DNA of 64,000 nucleotides, taken from Eubacteriales bacterium. Lineage in GTDB: Bacteria; Bacillota; Clostridia; Oscillospirales; CAG-272. The notes beneath the pieces are model-generated. The model had not been told where the DNA came from and searched no databases. It was given only the letters and a program-made list of their open reading frames with translations. Where the stretch lies: NCBI GenBank assembly GCA_045533675.1, contig JAZSIF010000031.1, forward strand, positions 11,634-75,633, written 5' to 3'. Every line of letters begins with the position of its first letter. Position 1 is the stretch's first letter. Both the position numbers and the translations under genes were made by a program. Of this stretch, positions 18,936-28,537 are shown piece by piece.

Positions 18936-19661
18936 ATGATGCACATATTTCCCGCCATTGATTTGATCGACGGAAAAGCTGTTCGATTGATGAAAGGGGA
19001 TTATAATCGGGTAACTGTATATAGTGATACTCCTGTCAAGGTAGCCAAATACTTTGAAGAACAAGGGGCAGAATATTTGCACCTGGTTGACTTGGATGGC
19101 GCCAAGGATGGAAATACGGCAAACTTTGGCATTATTTCCGAGATTGTTCGTTCTACATCTCTCTCCGTCGAGGTTGGTGGAGGGATTCGGGACATTGAGA
19201 CGATCAAAAGATACGTGGATATCGGAGTGGATCGAGTGATTTTGGGTACTGCGGCAGTTAACGATCCCGAATTTTTGAAGGAAGCGGTTCGGCTTTATCC
19301 TGATCATGTTGTTGTTGGAATTGATATAAAGGATGGTATGGTAGCCATTAAGGGATGGACGGAGGTATCGGGGCTTTCTTGCTTTGATTTTTGTCAGACG
19401 ATTCAGGAGCTCGGTGTACAAACGATTATCTGCACGGATATTTCTAAGGACGGTATGATGGCAGGAACGAACCGAGAGTTATACCGTGAACTGAGCAATC
19501 GTTTTTCTCTGAATGTCATTGCTTCGGGAGGTGTATCTTCCATGGATGATATCCGTGCTCTTGCAGGCATGAATTTGTTTGGAGCCATTCTTGGTAAAGC
19601 AATCTATACCGGCGCGATCAAGTTGGATGAGGCAATTGCATTGACAAAGGAGATTGTATGA
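18936..19661 (+). CDS. hisA: ProFAR isomerase
   Basis: IFPAIDLIDGKAVRL N-terminus; (beta/alpha)8 HisA pattern; GGGIR. Confidence 0.95.
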   Translation: MMHIFPAIDLIDGKAVRLMKGDYNRVTVYSDTPVKVAKYFEEQGAEYLHLVDLDGAKDGNTANFGIISEIVRSTSLSVEVGGGIRDIETIKRYVDIGVDRVILGTAAVNDPEFLKEAVRLYPDHVVVGIDIKDGMVAIKGWTEVSGLSCFDFCQTIQELGVQTIICTDISKDGMMAGTNRELYRELSNRFSLNVIASGGVSSMDDIRALAGMNLFGAILGKAIYTGAIKLDEAIALTKEIV

Positions 19662-20416
19662 TAACAAAAAGAATTATTCCGTGCTTGGACGTGAAAAACG
19701 GACGGGTTGTGAAGGGCGTTAATTTTTTGGATGTAAAGGATGTTTCCTCTCCCATTGCCTTGGCTGAGTTTTACAGTAGCTGTGGTGCGGATGAGCTTGT
19801 GTTTTATGACATCACGGCATCTTATGAGGAAAGAAACATATTTACCGATATTCTTCGACAAACGGCTGAACGGGTGTTTATTCCTTTGACGGTTGGAGGA
19901 GGTATTCGTTCCTTGGAGGATTTTGACCGTGTTCTAAAATGCGGTGCGGACAAGGTAAGTGTCAATTCCGGTGCGATCTCCAATCCTGATTTGATTTACC
20001 AAGCCGCGAAAAAATATGGGGATCAATGCGTGGTCCTTTCTGTCGATGTGAAGCGTGTGGACGGAGAGTTTCATGTTTTCCGAAAAGGCGGGAGAGAAGA
20101 TACGGGAATAGAGGCCATTGAATGGATCAAGCGAGGAGTAGAAAACGGTGCCGGTGAGATCGTAGTTAACAGTATTGATACCGATGGAGTAAAGAAGGGA
20201 TTCGATTTGGAAATGCTGGATGCGGTATGTCAATCTGTCCGTGTTCCAGTCATTGCATCAGGCGGTGCAGGCTCTATTGACGATTTTGTGAAGCTGTTTT
20301 ATGAGTTACCCGACGTGGATGCGGGACTTGCCGCATCGATCTTCCATTTTGGAGAGGTAGATATCAAGGATTTGAAAGCGACTCTTGCAAAAGAGAATAT
20401 CCATGTAAGACTATAA
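19658..20416 (+). CDS. hisF: Imidazole glycerol phosphate synthase, cyclase subunit
   Basis: RIIPCLDVKNGRVVKG, GADELVFYDITAS and GGAG motifs. ATGA overlap with hisA. Confidence 0.95.
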   Translation: MITKRIIPCLDVKNGRVVKGVNFLDVKDVSSPIALAEFYSSCGADELVFYDITASYEERNIFTDILRQTAERVFIPLTVGGGIRSLEDFDRVLKCGADKVSVNSGAISNPDLIYQAAKKYGDQCVVLSVDVKRVDGEFHVFRKGGREDTGIEAIEWIKRGVENGAGEIVVNSIDTDGVKKGFDLEMLDAVCQSVRVPVIASGGAGSIDDFVKLFYELPDVDAGLAASIFHFGEVDIKDLKATLAKENIHVRL

Positions 20417-20428
20417 TAGGAGAGTATT

Positions 20429-21082
20429 ATGTTAAAGATCGAAGATTTGAAATTTGATGAAAAGGGATTGATCCCCGCGGTTGTGATTGACGCCGTTTCC
20501 AAAAAGGTTTTGACGGTTGCCTACATGAACAAGGAAAGTCTTGAGATCAGCATCAAAGAGGGAACTACCTGCTTTTGGTCTCGTTCCCGTCAGTGTCTTT
20601 GGAGAAAGGGAGAAACTTCCGGAAACCGTCAGCATATTGTAAGTATTGTTGCCGATTGTGACCATGATGCTTTGACTGTTACGGTTTATAAAGATGGTCC
20701 CGCTTGTCATCTTGGCACCGATTCATGCTTTAACGAAATCGTTTACGAAAGTGATCTTCATGAAGAGTTTTCCCTTGACGCACTGATGAAGGTGATTGAG
20801 GGAAGAAAAATTGAGAAAAAAGAGGGTTCTTATACCACCTATTTGTTTGAAAAAGGAATTGATAAGATCTTGAAAAAGGTTGGTGAGGAATCTACGGAGG
20901 TCATTATTGCGGGAAAGGCAAACGACAAGGCGGAAACCGTCTATGAAATTGCCGATCTCGTCTATCACGTAATGGTTCTTATGATTGAGATGGGAATTTC
21001 TTTGGATGATGTGAAAAATGAATTGGCATCCAGACACGTCATTGATCATAAAGTAAAGCAGGAAAAAATGACTTCAAAATAA
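20429..21082 (+). CDS. hisI: Bifunctional phosphoribosyl-AMP cyclohydrolase / phosphoribosyl-ATP pyrophosphatase
   Basis: N-terminal HisI (GLIPAVV...[17 protein letters not shown]...DCDHDAL) fused to C-terminal HisE (SYTTYLF...KKVGEESTE). Confidence 0.95.
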   Translation: MLKIEDLKFDEKGLIPAVVIDAVSKKVLTVAYMNKESLEISIKEGTTCFWSRSRQCLWRKGETSGNRQHIVSIVADCDHDALTVTVYKDGPACHLGTDSCFNEIVYESDLHEEFSLDALMKVIEGRKIEKKEGSYTTYLFEKGIDKILKKVGEESTEVIIAGKANDKAETVYEIADLVYHVMVLMIEMGISLDDVKNELASRHVIDHKVKQEKMTSK

Positions 21083-21083
21083 G

Positions 21084-21113
21084 AAAAGAGAGCCTGAATT
21101 CAGGCTCTCTTTT
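21084..21113. terminator. Bidirectional Rho-independent terminator (end of the his operon and distal end of the yajC transcript)
   Basis: Perfect palindrome aaaagagagcctgaattcaggctctctttt, with an A-run on one side and a T-run on the other. Confidence 0.85.
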
Positions 21114-21280
21114 CTTATGCGTTTTTACAGAAGAGGAGACTGCTCTCCGTGCTTTAAAATTGTCTTCCCAAAACTTAACTGATAGCCGTGAGGTACTTTT
21201 ACCTCTGCTACAGTATTTTTGGGGATTCAACCAACACCTTTCGGTTTTGCAGATTCCCAAAAGCGGGAATCTATTCGCAA

Positions 21281-21565
21281 TTAGTCCTGAGCGTCTTCTG
21301 CCTTGACATCGACGTTGCGGACAGCACTTTTTAAAATTCTGATTTTAGTTCTGTCGTGGCCGGTTTCGATCATGACGGTCTCTTCCTTAATGCTGATGAT
21401 CTTGCCAATAATGCCCCCGATTGTGGTAATTTCATCACCAACCTGCAGGTTGTTTCTCATTTCATTGACCTGACGCTCCTGCTTTTTCTGAGGTCTGATC
21501 ATAAAGAAGTACATGGCAGCGATCATACCGCCGATCATAATAAGCGGAAAAATGCTTTCAAACAT
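21281..21565 (-). CDS. yajC: Preprotein translocase subunit YajC
   Basis: 94 aa. One TM helix followed by FFMIRPQKKQ...LQVGDEITTIGGIIGKI, typical of YajC. Confidence 0.88.
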   Translation of the reverse strand: MFESIFPLIMIGGMIAAMYFFMIRPQKKQERQVNEMRNNLQVGDEITTIGGIIGKIISIKEETVMIETGHDRTKIRILKSAVRNVDVKAEDAQD

Positions 21566-21688
21566 TTGTTAAAATCCTCCGTAAAATAATTTCTACAATA
21601 TGATACCATATTTTTTGAAATAATTCAAGTTAGAATTGTAAATTATTTGTGTGAATTTGAAAGTTTTTTCTTTTAATTTGCAAAAGTA

Positions 21689-21717
21689 TTGAAAAAAAAA
21701 CAAAAACGTGATATAAT
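21689..21717 (+). promoter_or_regulatory. Sigma-A promoter candidate for rimM-trmD
   Basis: TTGAAA, 17 nt, TATAAT, with TGn immediately upstream of the -10 box (extended -10). Confidence 0.5.
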
Positions 21718-21758
21718 AATATGGAATATTTTTCTAAAACAACGGAAAGGATTTTGAT

Positions 21759-22268
21759 ATGAAGATCAATCCTTATATTGAATGCGCGAAGATTGTCAAT
21801 ACCCATGGTTGTCACGGCGGACTTAAATTGGAGTCGTGGTGTAACACACCCGAGGATCTGGCTGAATTAAAGACGGTGTATGTGAAAATTGGAACAGAAT
21901 ATCAGCCTTATCGCGTATTGAAGGCGTCGATTTTCAAACAGTTTGTGGTTACAGTATGGGAAAACGTGAATGATATGGATACGGCATTGTCTTTGAAGGG
22001 ACAGACGGTATATGCTTTGCGTGAAGATTTTGCGTTGGAAGAAGGAGAGTTCTTTGTCGCGGATCTGATTGGTCTGGATGTTATCGATGCCAATACCAAA
22101 GAGAAATACGGAACGTTGCTTGAAACGATCAATCGAGGAGCCTCGGATATTTATGTGGTCCATACGTCAAAGGGGGAGCGAATGATTCCCGCGGTTCCTG
22201 AGTTTGTTGATCGTATCGATCTTAACTGTGGTATTTTTGTTACACCGATAGAGGGTATGTTGGATTAA
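21759..22268 (+). CDS. rimM: 16S rRNA processing protein RimM
   Basis: RimM N-terminal beta-barrel pattern (IVNTHGCHGGLKL) and a C-terminal PRC barrel. Lies upstream of trmD. Confidence 0.85.
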   Translation: MKINPYIECAKIVNTHGCHGGLKLESWCNTPEDLAELKTVYVKIGTEYQPYRVLKASIFKQFVVTVWENVNDMDTALSLKGQTVYALREDFALEEGEFFVADLIGLDVIDANTKEKYGTLLETINRGASDIYVVHTSKGERMIPAVPEFVDRIDLNCGIFVTPIEGMLD

Positions 22269-22282
22269 TTTCGGAGGATCTT

Positions 22283-23008
22283 ATGTATTTTGATATTATG
22301 ACGCTGTTTCCCGATCTTGTAAATTATGTGTTGGGAGAAAGCATCATTGGTAGAGCGCAAAAAAGCGGAGCTATTGAGGTATCAACGTATAACATTCGGG
22401 ATTATTCCGAGGATAAGCATCGTCGAGTAGATGATACACCCTACGGCGGTGGTAAGGGAATGCTGATGATGGCTCCGCCGATCTATCGTTGCTATGAAGC
22501 AATCTGCGAAAAGAGAAGAGATACAGCGAAAAGCAAGCGAGTCATTTTTATGTCTCCGTCCGGAACCGTTTTTAATCAGAAAAAAGCGGAGGAGTTTGCG
22601 CGTTATGACCAGCTGATTATTTTGTGCGGTCATTATGAAGGAGTCGATCATCGCATTATAGAGGAAATTGTCGACGAGGAAATTTCCATTGGAGACTATG
22701 TATTGACAGGTGGGGAGATTCCTGCTTGTATTGTGGTGGATAGTGTGGCTCGTTTGGTAGACGGCGTATTGTCCGATCCGGAGTGCTATGAAAAAGAAAG
22801 TATTTCCAGCGGTCTTTTGGAATATCCTCAATATACGAGACCTTATGAATTTCATGGAGTGAAAGTGCCGGATGTCTTGATTTCGGGTCATCATGAAAAT
22901 ATTGATACGTGGAGATACGAACAAGCGTTAGAGCGGACAGCCAAGCAGCGTCCCGATCTCTTCGAAATGTTTGAAAGGAGGGAGTCGATTGAAAAAACAA
23001 AAAAATGA
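22283..23008 (+). CDS. trmD: tRNA (guanine37-N1)-methyltransferase
   Basis: MYFDIMTLFPD, DDTPYGGGKGM, CGHYEGVD and GDYVLTGGE motifs. Confidence 0.95.
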   Translation: MYFDIMTLFPDLVNYVLGESIIGRAQKSGAIEVSTYNIRDYSEDKHRRVDDTPYGGGKGMLMMAPPIYRCYEAICEKRRDTAKSKRVIFMSPSGTVFNQKKAEEFARYDQLIILCGHYEGVDHRIIEEIVDEEISIGDYVLTGGEIPACIVVDSVARLVDGVLSDPECYEKESISSGLLEYPQYTRPYEFHGVKVPDVLISGHHENIDTWRYEQALERTAKQRPDLFEMFERRESIEKTKK

Positions 23009-24980
23009 CGGTCAAGAAAACAAAAAGGAGCGTACAGTTTCCAAAGTGTTTCGCCCGTCCTCGATTAGCTTAATTTTCTTTCTTTTGGATAAGCTTTCCG
23101 ATAAAATTTATAATGCCTTGTGTAATGGATTCTTTGGGAAAATTTTTACCTCGTATACCGCTGAACAATGCGCATTTGAACAATGTGCAATCAAAAAAAA
23201 GATAATTGGTGCCAAACGCGTAACGGCAGTATTTCACAGAGTCAGAGAATATTTAGCTAAGTCCTTTGAAACCAGTTTTTTTCTTAAAAAACTGAATAAA
23301 GTCGGCAAGTCATTTTTAACGATACCCCTCAAATGTTTTGGTAATTTTTTTCTTTCATTTGGAATTTATACCACATTGATCTTCTTTTTGAAGTGGATTA
23401 TTCCGACCATGGAGACAGAAACTGTTGGCTTTGGCTTTTGTGGCTTGGTTTCTTGTTCTATCGGACTTCCCATGATGCTGTCTCGCAATAGTATCGCAAG
23501 ATCCATTCTGGAGAGTAAAATTTCTCACTTTATTTTTATTGAACTGCTTGGCTTCCGAAAGGAAGCGCTGGAAGCTCCTCCGCATCATAGACGATTGGTC
23601 TCAAATATTATGGTTCTCTCTGGAATGCTTTTGGGGCTTTTAACCATTTTTGTCCATCCTTTGCATATTTTACTCGCATTTGTCCTTGTCATTGGTGTAG
23701 CGCTTCTGTTTTTTACACCAGAGATTGGCATTGTTGTTGCGATTTTGTTTCTTCCGTTTTTTTACTTTATGCCGTCTCCCAGTATTGCGTTGGGATTGTT
23801 AATTTTGGCAACATCTATTAGTTATGTTATCAAAGTCGTTCGAGGGAAAAGAATTTTCAAACTTGAATTGATAGATGTGGCTATTTTGGCGTTTGGACTG
23901 GTTCTTTTGAGCACAAGCACGGTTTCGGCTGGAGGTAAAAACGGCTACAACGAGGTTTTGATTACCTTTGTTTTGCTTTTCGGTTATTTTTTAACGGTGA
24001 ATCTGATGCGGACCAAGCAGTGGTTAAAGCGCTGTACCCTGTGTATGGTTTTTTCTGGAACGATTACGGCGCTTTGCGGAATTCTCCAGTATGTGACTAA
24101 GAATTTTCACGCGGGCGCGTGGTTGGATCCGGTGTATTTTTCGGATATTCAGGGAAGATCGGATTCACTCTTTGAAAATCCAAATGTATTGGCGTCCTAT
24201 CTCGTTCTTGTTTTTCCATTTGCGCTTGCGCTCTTTGCTCGGTCAAAAAATATAAAAGAAAGGTTTTTATATGGATTTTCTGTATTGAGCATTCTTTTAT
24301 GTTCGATTTTTACTTGGTCAAGAGGGGCATGGATCGGCATGCTAATCGGATTCTTGATCTTTGCACTAATGCATAGCAGAAAAACTGTGAGATATCTGCT
24401 TTTGGGAGTTTTGTTCGTTCCGCTTCTTTCATTTTTCATTCCCGAAACAGTAACGCAAAGATTTACAAGCATCGGAAATCTAAGCGACTCTTCTTCCTTG
24501 TATCGCTTGTATACCTGGAAAGGCTCATTTCGGGTGATTGCAGAGTTCTTTTTAGGAGGGATCGGGTACGGTTCCAGCGCATATAGAGCAGTGTATCCTC
24601 AGTTTGCCTATGCGGGAATTGAAGCAGCAGAGCATAGTCATAACTTGTGGCTTCAAGTTTGGATCGGTGTAGGCTTCAGTGGGGTAATCTTGTTGATTTT
24701 TGCCATGTTTTTGTTTTTCCAGATGAATTTGGAACACGCAAAAAATAGTATGAATCAAACGAACCGATCAATGATCGTTGCATCGATTTGCGCAATTGCA
24801 GCGGCTCTGGTTATGGGGTGCTTTGATTTTATTTGGTTTAATTACAGAATATTCTTTGCTTTTTGGTTTATTGTTGGATTATCCTGTGCCCATACGAGAC
24901 TTGGTCAAGACGAGCTTCGGCGCGTTGAGTATATGGGCAATACGGAAAAAAACACCGCAACCTTGGATATAACTTTGTAA
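22989..24980 (+). CDS. O-antigen ligase / Wzy_C-domain family polytopic membrane protein
   Basis: More than 10 TM segments. The loop FTWSRGAWIGMLIGF...HSHNLWLQVWIGVG resembles the Wzy_C/O-antigen-ligase signature. TTG at 22989 follows AAGGAGGGAG and overlaps the trmD 3' end. Confidence 0.7.
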   Translation: MKKQKNDGQENKKERTVSKVFRPSSISLIFFLLDKLSDKIYNALCNGFFGKIFTSYTAEQCAFEQCAIKKKIIGAKRVTAVFHRVREYLAKSFETSFFLKKLNKVGKSFLTIPLKCFGNFFLSFGIYTTLIFFLKWIIPTMETETVGFGFCGLVSCSIGLPMMLSRNSIARSILESKISHFIFIELLGFRKEALEAPPHHRRLVSNIMVLSGMLLGLLTIFVHPLHILLAFVLVIGVALLFFTPEIGIVVAILFLPFFYFMPSPSIALGLLILATSISYVIKVVRGKRIFKLELIDVAILAFGLVLLSTSTVSAGGKNGYNEVLITFVLLFGYFLTVNLMRTKQWLKRCTLCMVFSGTITALCGILQYVTKNFHAGAWLDPVYFSDIQGRSDSLFENPNVLASYLVLVFPFALALFARSKNIKERFLYGFSVLSILLCSIFTWSRGAWIGMLIGFLIFALMHSRKTVRYLLLGVLFVPLLSFFIPETVTQRFTSIGNLSDSSSLYRLYTWKGSFRVIAEFFLGGIGYGSSAYRAVYPQFAYAGIEAAEHSHNLWLQVWIGVGFSGVILLIFAMFLFFQMNLEHAKNSMNQTNRSMIVASICAIAAALVMGCFDFIWFNYRIFFAFWFIVGLSCAHTRLGQDELRRVEYMGNTEKNTATLDITL

Positions 24981-25020
24981 GCGCAATAATCGGGAAGAAT
25001 ACAGAAAGGATTTTTGATCT

Positions 25021-25560
25021 ATGAGTATTTCTGATAAGAAAAAGACAATGAGAACAAAAAACAGAAAGAAGGGTCGCTTTAATGTGATTGACTTGCTTTT
25101 GGTTTTGATTGTTCTGTTCGTTATTTCTGCGATTTTATATGTTTTTGCTCCGTTCTCTACAGTAAAGAATCTCTTTACCTCGGAGGAAACAACAATTGAA
25201 TATACGATTGAATTTATCGGCGTCGATAAGAAGTATGTGAACGAAATACAAAAAAATGATATAGTAGTAGATGCTGTATCTAAAAATCATATTGGGACCG
25301 TACAGGCTGCGGATTACAACAATCCGTATACCGAATTTGAAGCAATTCAAAAGAAAAATGAGAATACACTGGAGGGGGTTCTTGTTGAGCATCCCGATAA
25401 GTGTAATGTTCTTGTAACGATTGCGGCAACGGCAAAGTATGGGGAAGGCGACGGTTATCGAGTGAATGGATATCGAATCGCTGTCGGCGAAAAAATGAGT
25501 CTTGTGTTTCCTAACTACATGGGAGAAGGATATTGTATTGACCTCTCTCTGGAGTCTTGA
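25021..25560 (+). CDS. Membrane-anchored hypothetical protein (DUF4330-like, unverified)
   Basis: Basic N-terminus, a single TM helix (VIDLLLVLIVLFVISAILYVF) and a beta-rich ectodomain. Paralogue of the next gene. Confidence 0.5.
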   Translation: MSISDKKKTMRTKNRKKGRFNVIDLLLVLIVLFVISAILYVFAPFSTVKNLFTSEETTIEYTIEFIGVDKKYVNEIQKNDIVVDAVSKNHIGTVQAADYNNPYTEFEAIQKKNENTLEGVLVEHPDKCNVLVTIAATAKYGEGDGYRVNGYRIAVGEKMSLVFPNYMGEGYCIDLSLES

Positions 25561-25590
25561 TCAAGTTTAACATGAAAATAAGGAGCTATC

Positions 25591-26139
25591 ATGGAAGAAA
25601 ATCAAGTGAAGCAAAAAAAGGGTAAGAACAGACCAGGAATTAAGGCGCTCGATATTGTCATTATTCTTATGGTCTTGCTTGTGATCGTTGGCGTCTTCTT
25701 TCGATATAACACATTGGATTTTTTAGAGAATAATTTAAATAAAAAAGATTATACGATCTCGTTTTCAATAGAAAATATTCGCTATACCACCCCTGATCAT
25801 ATGCTGGTGGGGGATAAGGTCTATTTTGGCGATAGTGGGGAATTGTTGGGAACATTGATCGCCCCCTCCGAAGACATGAAAAATATTGCATTAAAATGTA
25901 CCGTCTCGTCCCAATACGTTACCAACGAAAATGGTGAACGTGTCGAGATTGTCTATCCCGAGGAATCTCGTGTGGACGCAGAAGGAAAAATGATCTGCGA
26001 AGGGCTTTATACCTCTGACGGAACGTTTTTGTTGAATGGAACAACCTATCTTGCCGCAGGGAAAACGGTGAACGTGAAAACAGAAAAGGTTACGGTCGCC
26101 ATAACTGTGGACAAAATAGAGGAAGTTGAAGCGAAATAA
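25591..26139 (+). CDS. Membrane-anchored hypothetical protein (DUF4330-like, unverified)
   Basis: Same architecture as 25021-25560 (ALDIVIILMVLLVIVGVFF followed by an ectodomain). AAGGAG ribosome-binding site. Confidence 0.5.
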   Translation: MEENQVKQKKGKNRPGIKALDIVIILMVLLVIVGVFFRYNTLDFLENNLNKKDYTISFSIENIRYTTPDHMLVGDKVYFGDSGELLGTLIAPSEDMKNIALKCTVSSQYVTNENGERVEIVYPEESRVDAEGKMICEGLYTSDGTFLLNGTTYLAAGKTVNVKTEKVTVAITVDKIEEVEAK

Positions 26140-26237
26140 ATGTAAAAAAGAAGAAAAATGACAGTTATATGTACAAAATGAAAATGATTTTGCTTTTTTT
26201 CTCGCAAAGTTTATTGAATTTTACCAATATATAACTC

Positions 26238-26266
26238 TTGATTTTAACTTGTTTTTTTGATATACT
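26238..26266 (+). promoter_or_regulatory. Sigma-A promoter candidate for ptsH
   Basis: TTGATT, 17 nt, TATACT, with an extended -10 TG. Confidence 0.4.
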
Positions 26267-26347
26267 ATTATATATCAAGGATGGTAATGACAAGATGTAC
26301 TGTCAATTTCGATATGCAGTCGATTTATAAAAAACAGGAGCAATGTT

Positions 26348-26611
26348 ATGGTAAAGCAAGATGTTACGATTACAAATAATATAGGATTGCATGCAAGACC
26401 CGCTACCTTTTTTATCCAGAAGGCGAATACGTTTAAGAGTTCGATTTGGATTGAAAAGGACGACCGCCGCGTAAATGCGAAAAGTTTGCTGGGGGTTCTA
26501 TCCTTGGGAATTGCCAAAGGAATGACAGTTACTTTGATTGCTGATGGACAGGATGATGCCGAGGCGATTGATGTTTTGGTGGCATTGGTTCAAACCGGTT
26601 TCGCAGAATAA
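26348..26611 (+). CDS. ptsH: Phosphocarrier protein HPr
   Basis: 87 aa. His-15 region NNIGLHARPA and Ser-46 region VNAKSLLGVLSLG. Confidence 0.9.
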   Translation: MVKQDVTITNNIGLHARPATFFIQKANTFKSSIWIEKDDRRVNAKSLLGVLSLGIAKGMTVTLIADGQDDAEAIDVLVALVQTGFAE

Positions 26612-26616
26612 AGATT

Positions 26617-26648
26617 CGGGCTGTTTTAAACAACAGCCCGCTTTTTGT
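26617..26648 (+). terminator. Rho-independent terminator after ptsH
   Basis: cgggctgtt / aacagcccg stem followed by ctttttgtt. Confidence 0.8.
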
Positions 26649-26686
26649 TCGATTTCAAATGAAACCATGTATTGGAGAAAACACGT

Positions 26687-28531
26687 ATGGAAAAAAACGA
26701 GGAAAAATTAAGTCGGCTTCTTCAAAAGGCAAATCGTTTGCCCACAACTCCTGGTGTATATATTATGAGGGACAGCAAAAACCGAGTGATCTATGTGGGG
26801 AAATCTAAAAAACTGAAAAATCGTGTATCACAATACTTTCAAAATAGCAGGAAAGCATATAAGACCGAGCAAATGGTTTCGAAGGTGGAAGATTTTGATT
26901 ATGTGCTTTGCAAAAACGAGATCGAAGCGCTAACGTTGGAAAACACATTGATCAAACAGCATTCTCCTAAATACAATATAAAACTTAAGGATGCAAAGTC
27001 TTATCCCTATATTAAGATAACTTCGGGCCAATATCCAAAAATTCTTTTTACAAGAACCAGACTTGCCGATCGGGCAAAGTATTTTGGACCATTTTCCGGG
27101 ACGTCCACAGTGTATTCGATTTTAAATATTCTCCATAAATCATTGGGAATTCCAAATTGTAAGAGAAATTTCCCCCGTGAGATTGGAAAGGAACGCCCCT
27201 GTATTTACTACGAAATGAAGCAATGCTGTGGAGTTTGTACAGGAAAGGTTTCAACGAAGGAATATAACGGATTGATTTGTTGCGCCTCCGATATTTTAAG
27301 AGGGCATACTGCTCAGGCAATCGAAACTTTAAAACAAAAAATGGAGGAGTTGGCAGAAGAAGAGCGATATGAGGCTGCCGCAAGATGCAGAGATACGATT
27401 AAAGCTCTGAAACAGTTGAGTCAAAAGCAGAGTGTGGTTGCCGCACCGGATACCAATGTGGATCTGTTTGGCTTTTATGGTGAAGAGGGGTATTCCTGTG
27501 TCTGTGCGTGGTATATTCGTGATGGACTTGTGGTTGATCAGGCAGACTTCCTGTTATCAAAGGATACCTTGACCGAAAGTGATGGCTTGACCGCGTTTTT
27601 GGTAGAACATTATATAATGCGAAATGACATTCCCAAAAATATCATGCATTCCTTTGTGTTGGAGGAAGATGATATCACCTCTGTTGAAGCATTTTTGGAA
27701 GCACAGTCGGCACATAAGGTTCAATTGAGGCGACCGGAGCGAGGACAATTTCGTAATCTCTGTGATACGATCGTTGGAAACGCACAGGAAAAGGTTAAAC
27801 AACTTAAACAAACTAAAGAACAGGATGAATCGATTTTGGTTCGGTTGGCTCAAACTTTAGGCTTGGAAACCGTTCCTCAACGAATAGAGGCGTATGATAT
27901 TTCCAATATCGGTTCTGAACACATCACGGCAGGGATGGTTGTTTTTGAGAACGGAACACCACAAAAAAGTGACTATCGAACCTTTAAAATTCAAACGGTT
28001 ACAATGGGAACGGATGATTATGCTTCCATGAAGGAGGCCATCAGAAGACGAATTCGACATTTAAAAGAGGATACGGATGGGTCCTTTGCTTTTTATCCTG
28101 ATTTGATGCTGATTGACGGAGGAAAAGGACACGTATCGGCGGTTTCCGAGGTGTTAAAGGATGAAGAGATATTCGTTCCGGTGTTTGGTATGGTGAAGGA
28201 CGAGTACCATAAGACGAGAGCGCTTTGTACGGAGCATGAGGAAATTGATATTGGGCGAGATCAATCAATTTTCAGGTTGATCTACAAAATTCAAGAGGAG
28301 GTTCATCGTTTTACTGTTGGAAGAACCACACAAGCAAAACGAGCAACTATGAAAAAATCCTCTTTGGAGAAGATTGAGGGAATTGGTCCTTCTAAGGCAA
28401 AGCGACTGTTGGTTGCTTTTGGAACATTGGGAGCGATAAAAAGCGCATCCATGGAAGAGCTTTCTATGATTCACGGGATTACAAAAAGCGACGCATATCA
28501 TGTATATCACTATTACCACTCGGAGGAATAA
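26687..28531 (+). CDS. uvrC: Excinuclease ABC subunit C
   Basis: GIY-YIG N-terminus (PGVYIMRD...VIYVGKSKKLKNRV), UVR domain (EERYEAAARCRD), and C-terminal RNase-H-like and HhH2 domains. The ATG at 26687 is preferred to the TTG at 26672. Confidence 0.95.
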   Translation: MEKNEEKLSRLLQKANRLPTTPGVYIMRDSKNRVIYVGKSKKLKNRVSQYFQNSRKAYKTEQMVSKVEDFDYVLCKNEIEALTLENTLIKQHSPKYNIKLKDAKSYPYIKITSGQYPKILFTRTRLADRAKYFGPFSGTSTVYSILNILHKSLGIPNCKRNFPREIGKERPCIYYEMKQCCGVCTGKVSTKEYNGLICCASDILRGHTAQAIETLKQKMEELAEEERYEAAARCRDTIKALKQLSQKQSVVAAPDTNVDLFGFYGEEGYSCVCAWYIRDGLVVDQADFLLSKDTLTESDGLTAFLVEHYIMRNDIPKNIMHSFVLEEDDITSVEAFLEAQSAHKVQLRRPERGQFRNLCDTIVGNAQEKVKQLKQTKEQDESILVRLAQTLGLETVPQRIEAYDISNIGSEHITAGMVVFENGTPQKSDYRTFKIQTVTMGTDDYASMKEAIRRRIRHLKEDTDGSFAFYPDLMLIDGGKGHVSAVSEVLKDEEIFVPVFGMVKDEYHKTRALCTEHEEIDIGRDQSIFRLIYKIQEEVHRFTVGRTTQAKRATMKKSSLEKIEGIGPSKAKRLLVAFGTLGAIKSASMEELSMIHGITKSDAYHVYHYYHSEE

Positions 28532-28537
28532 ACGATT

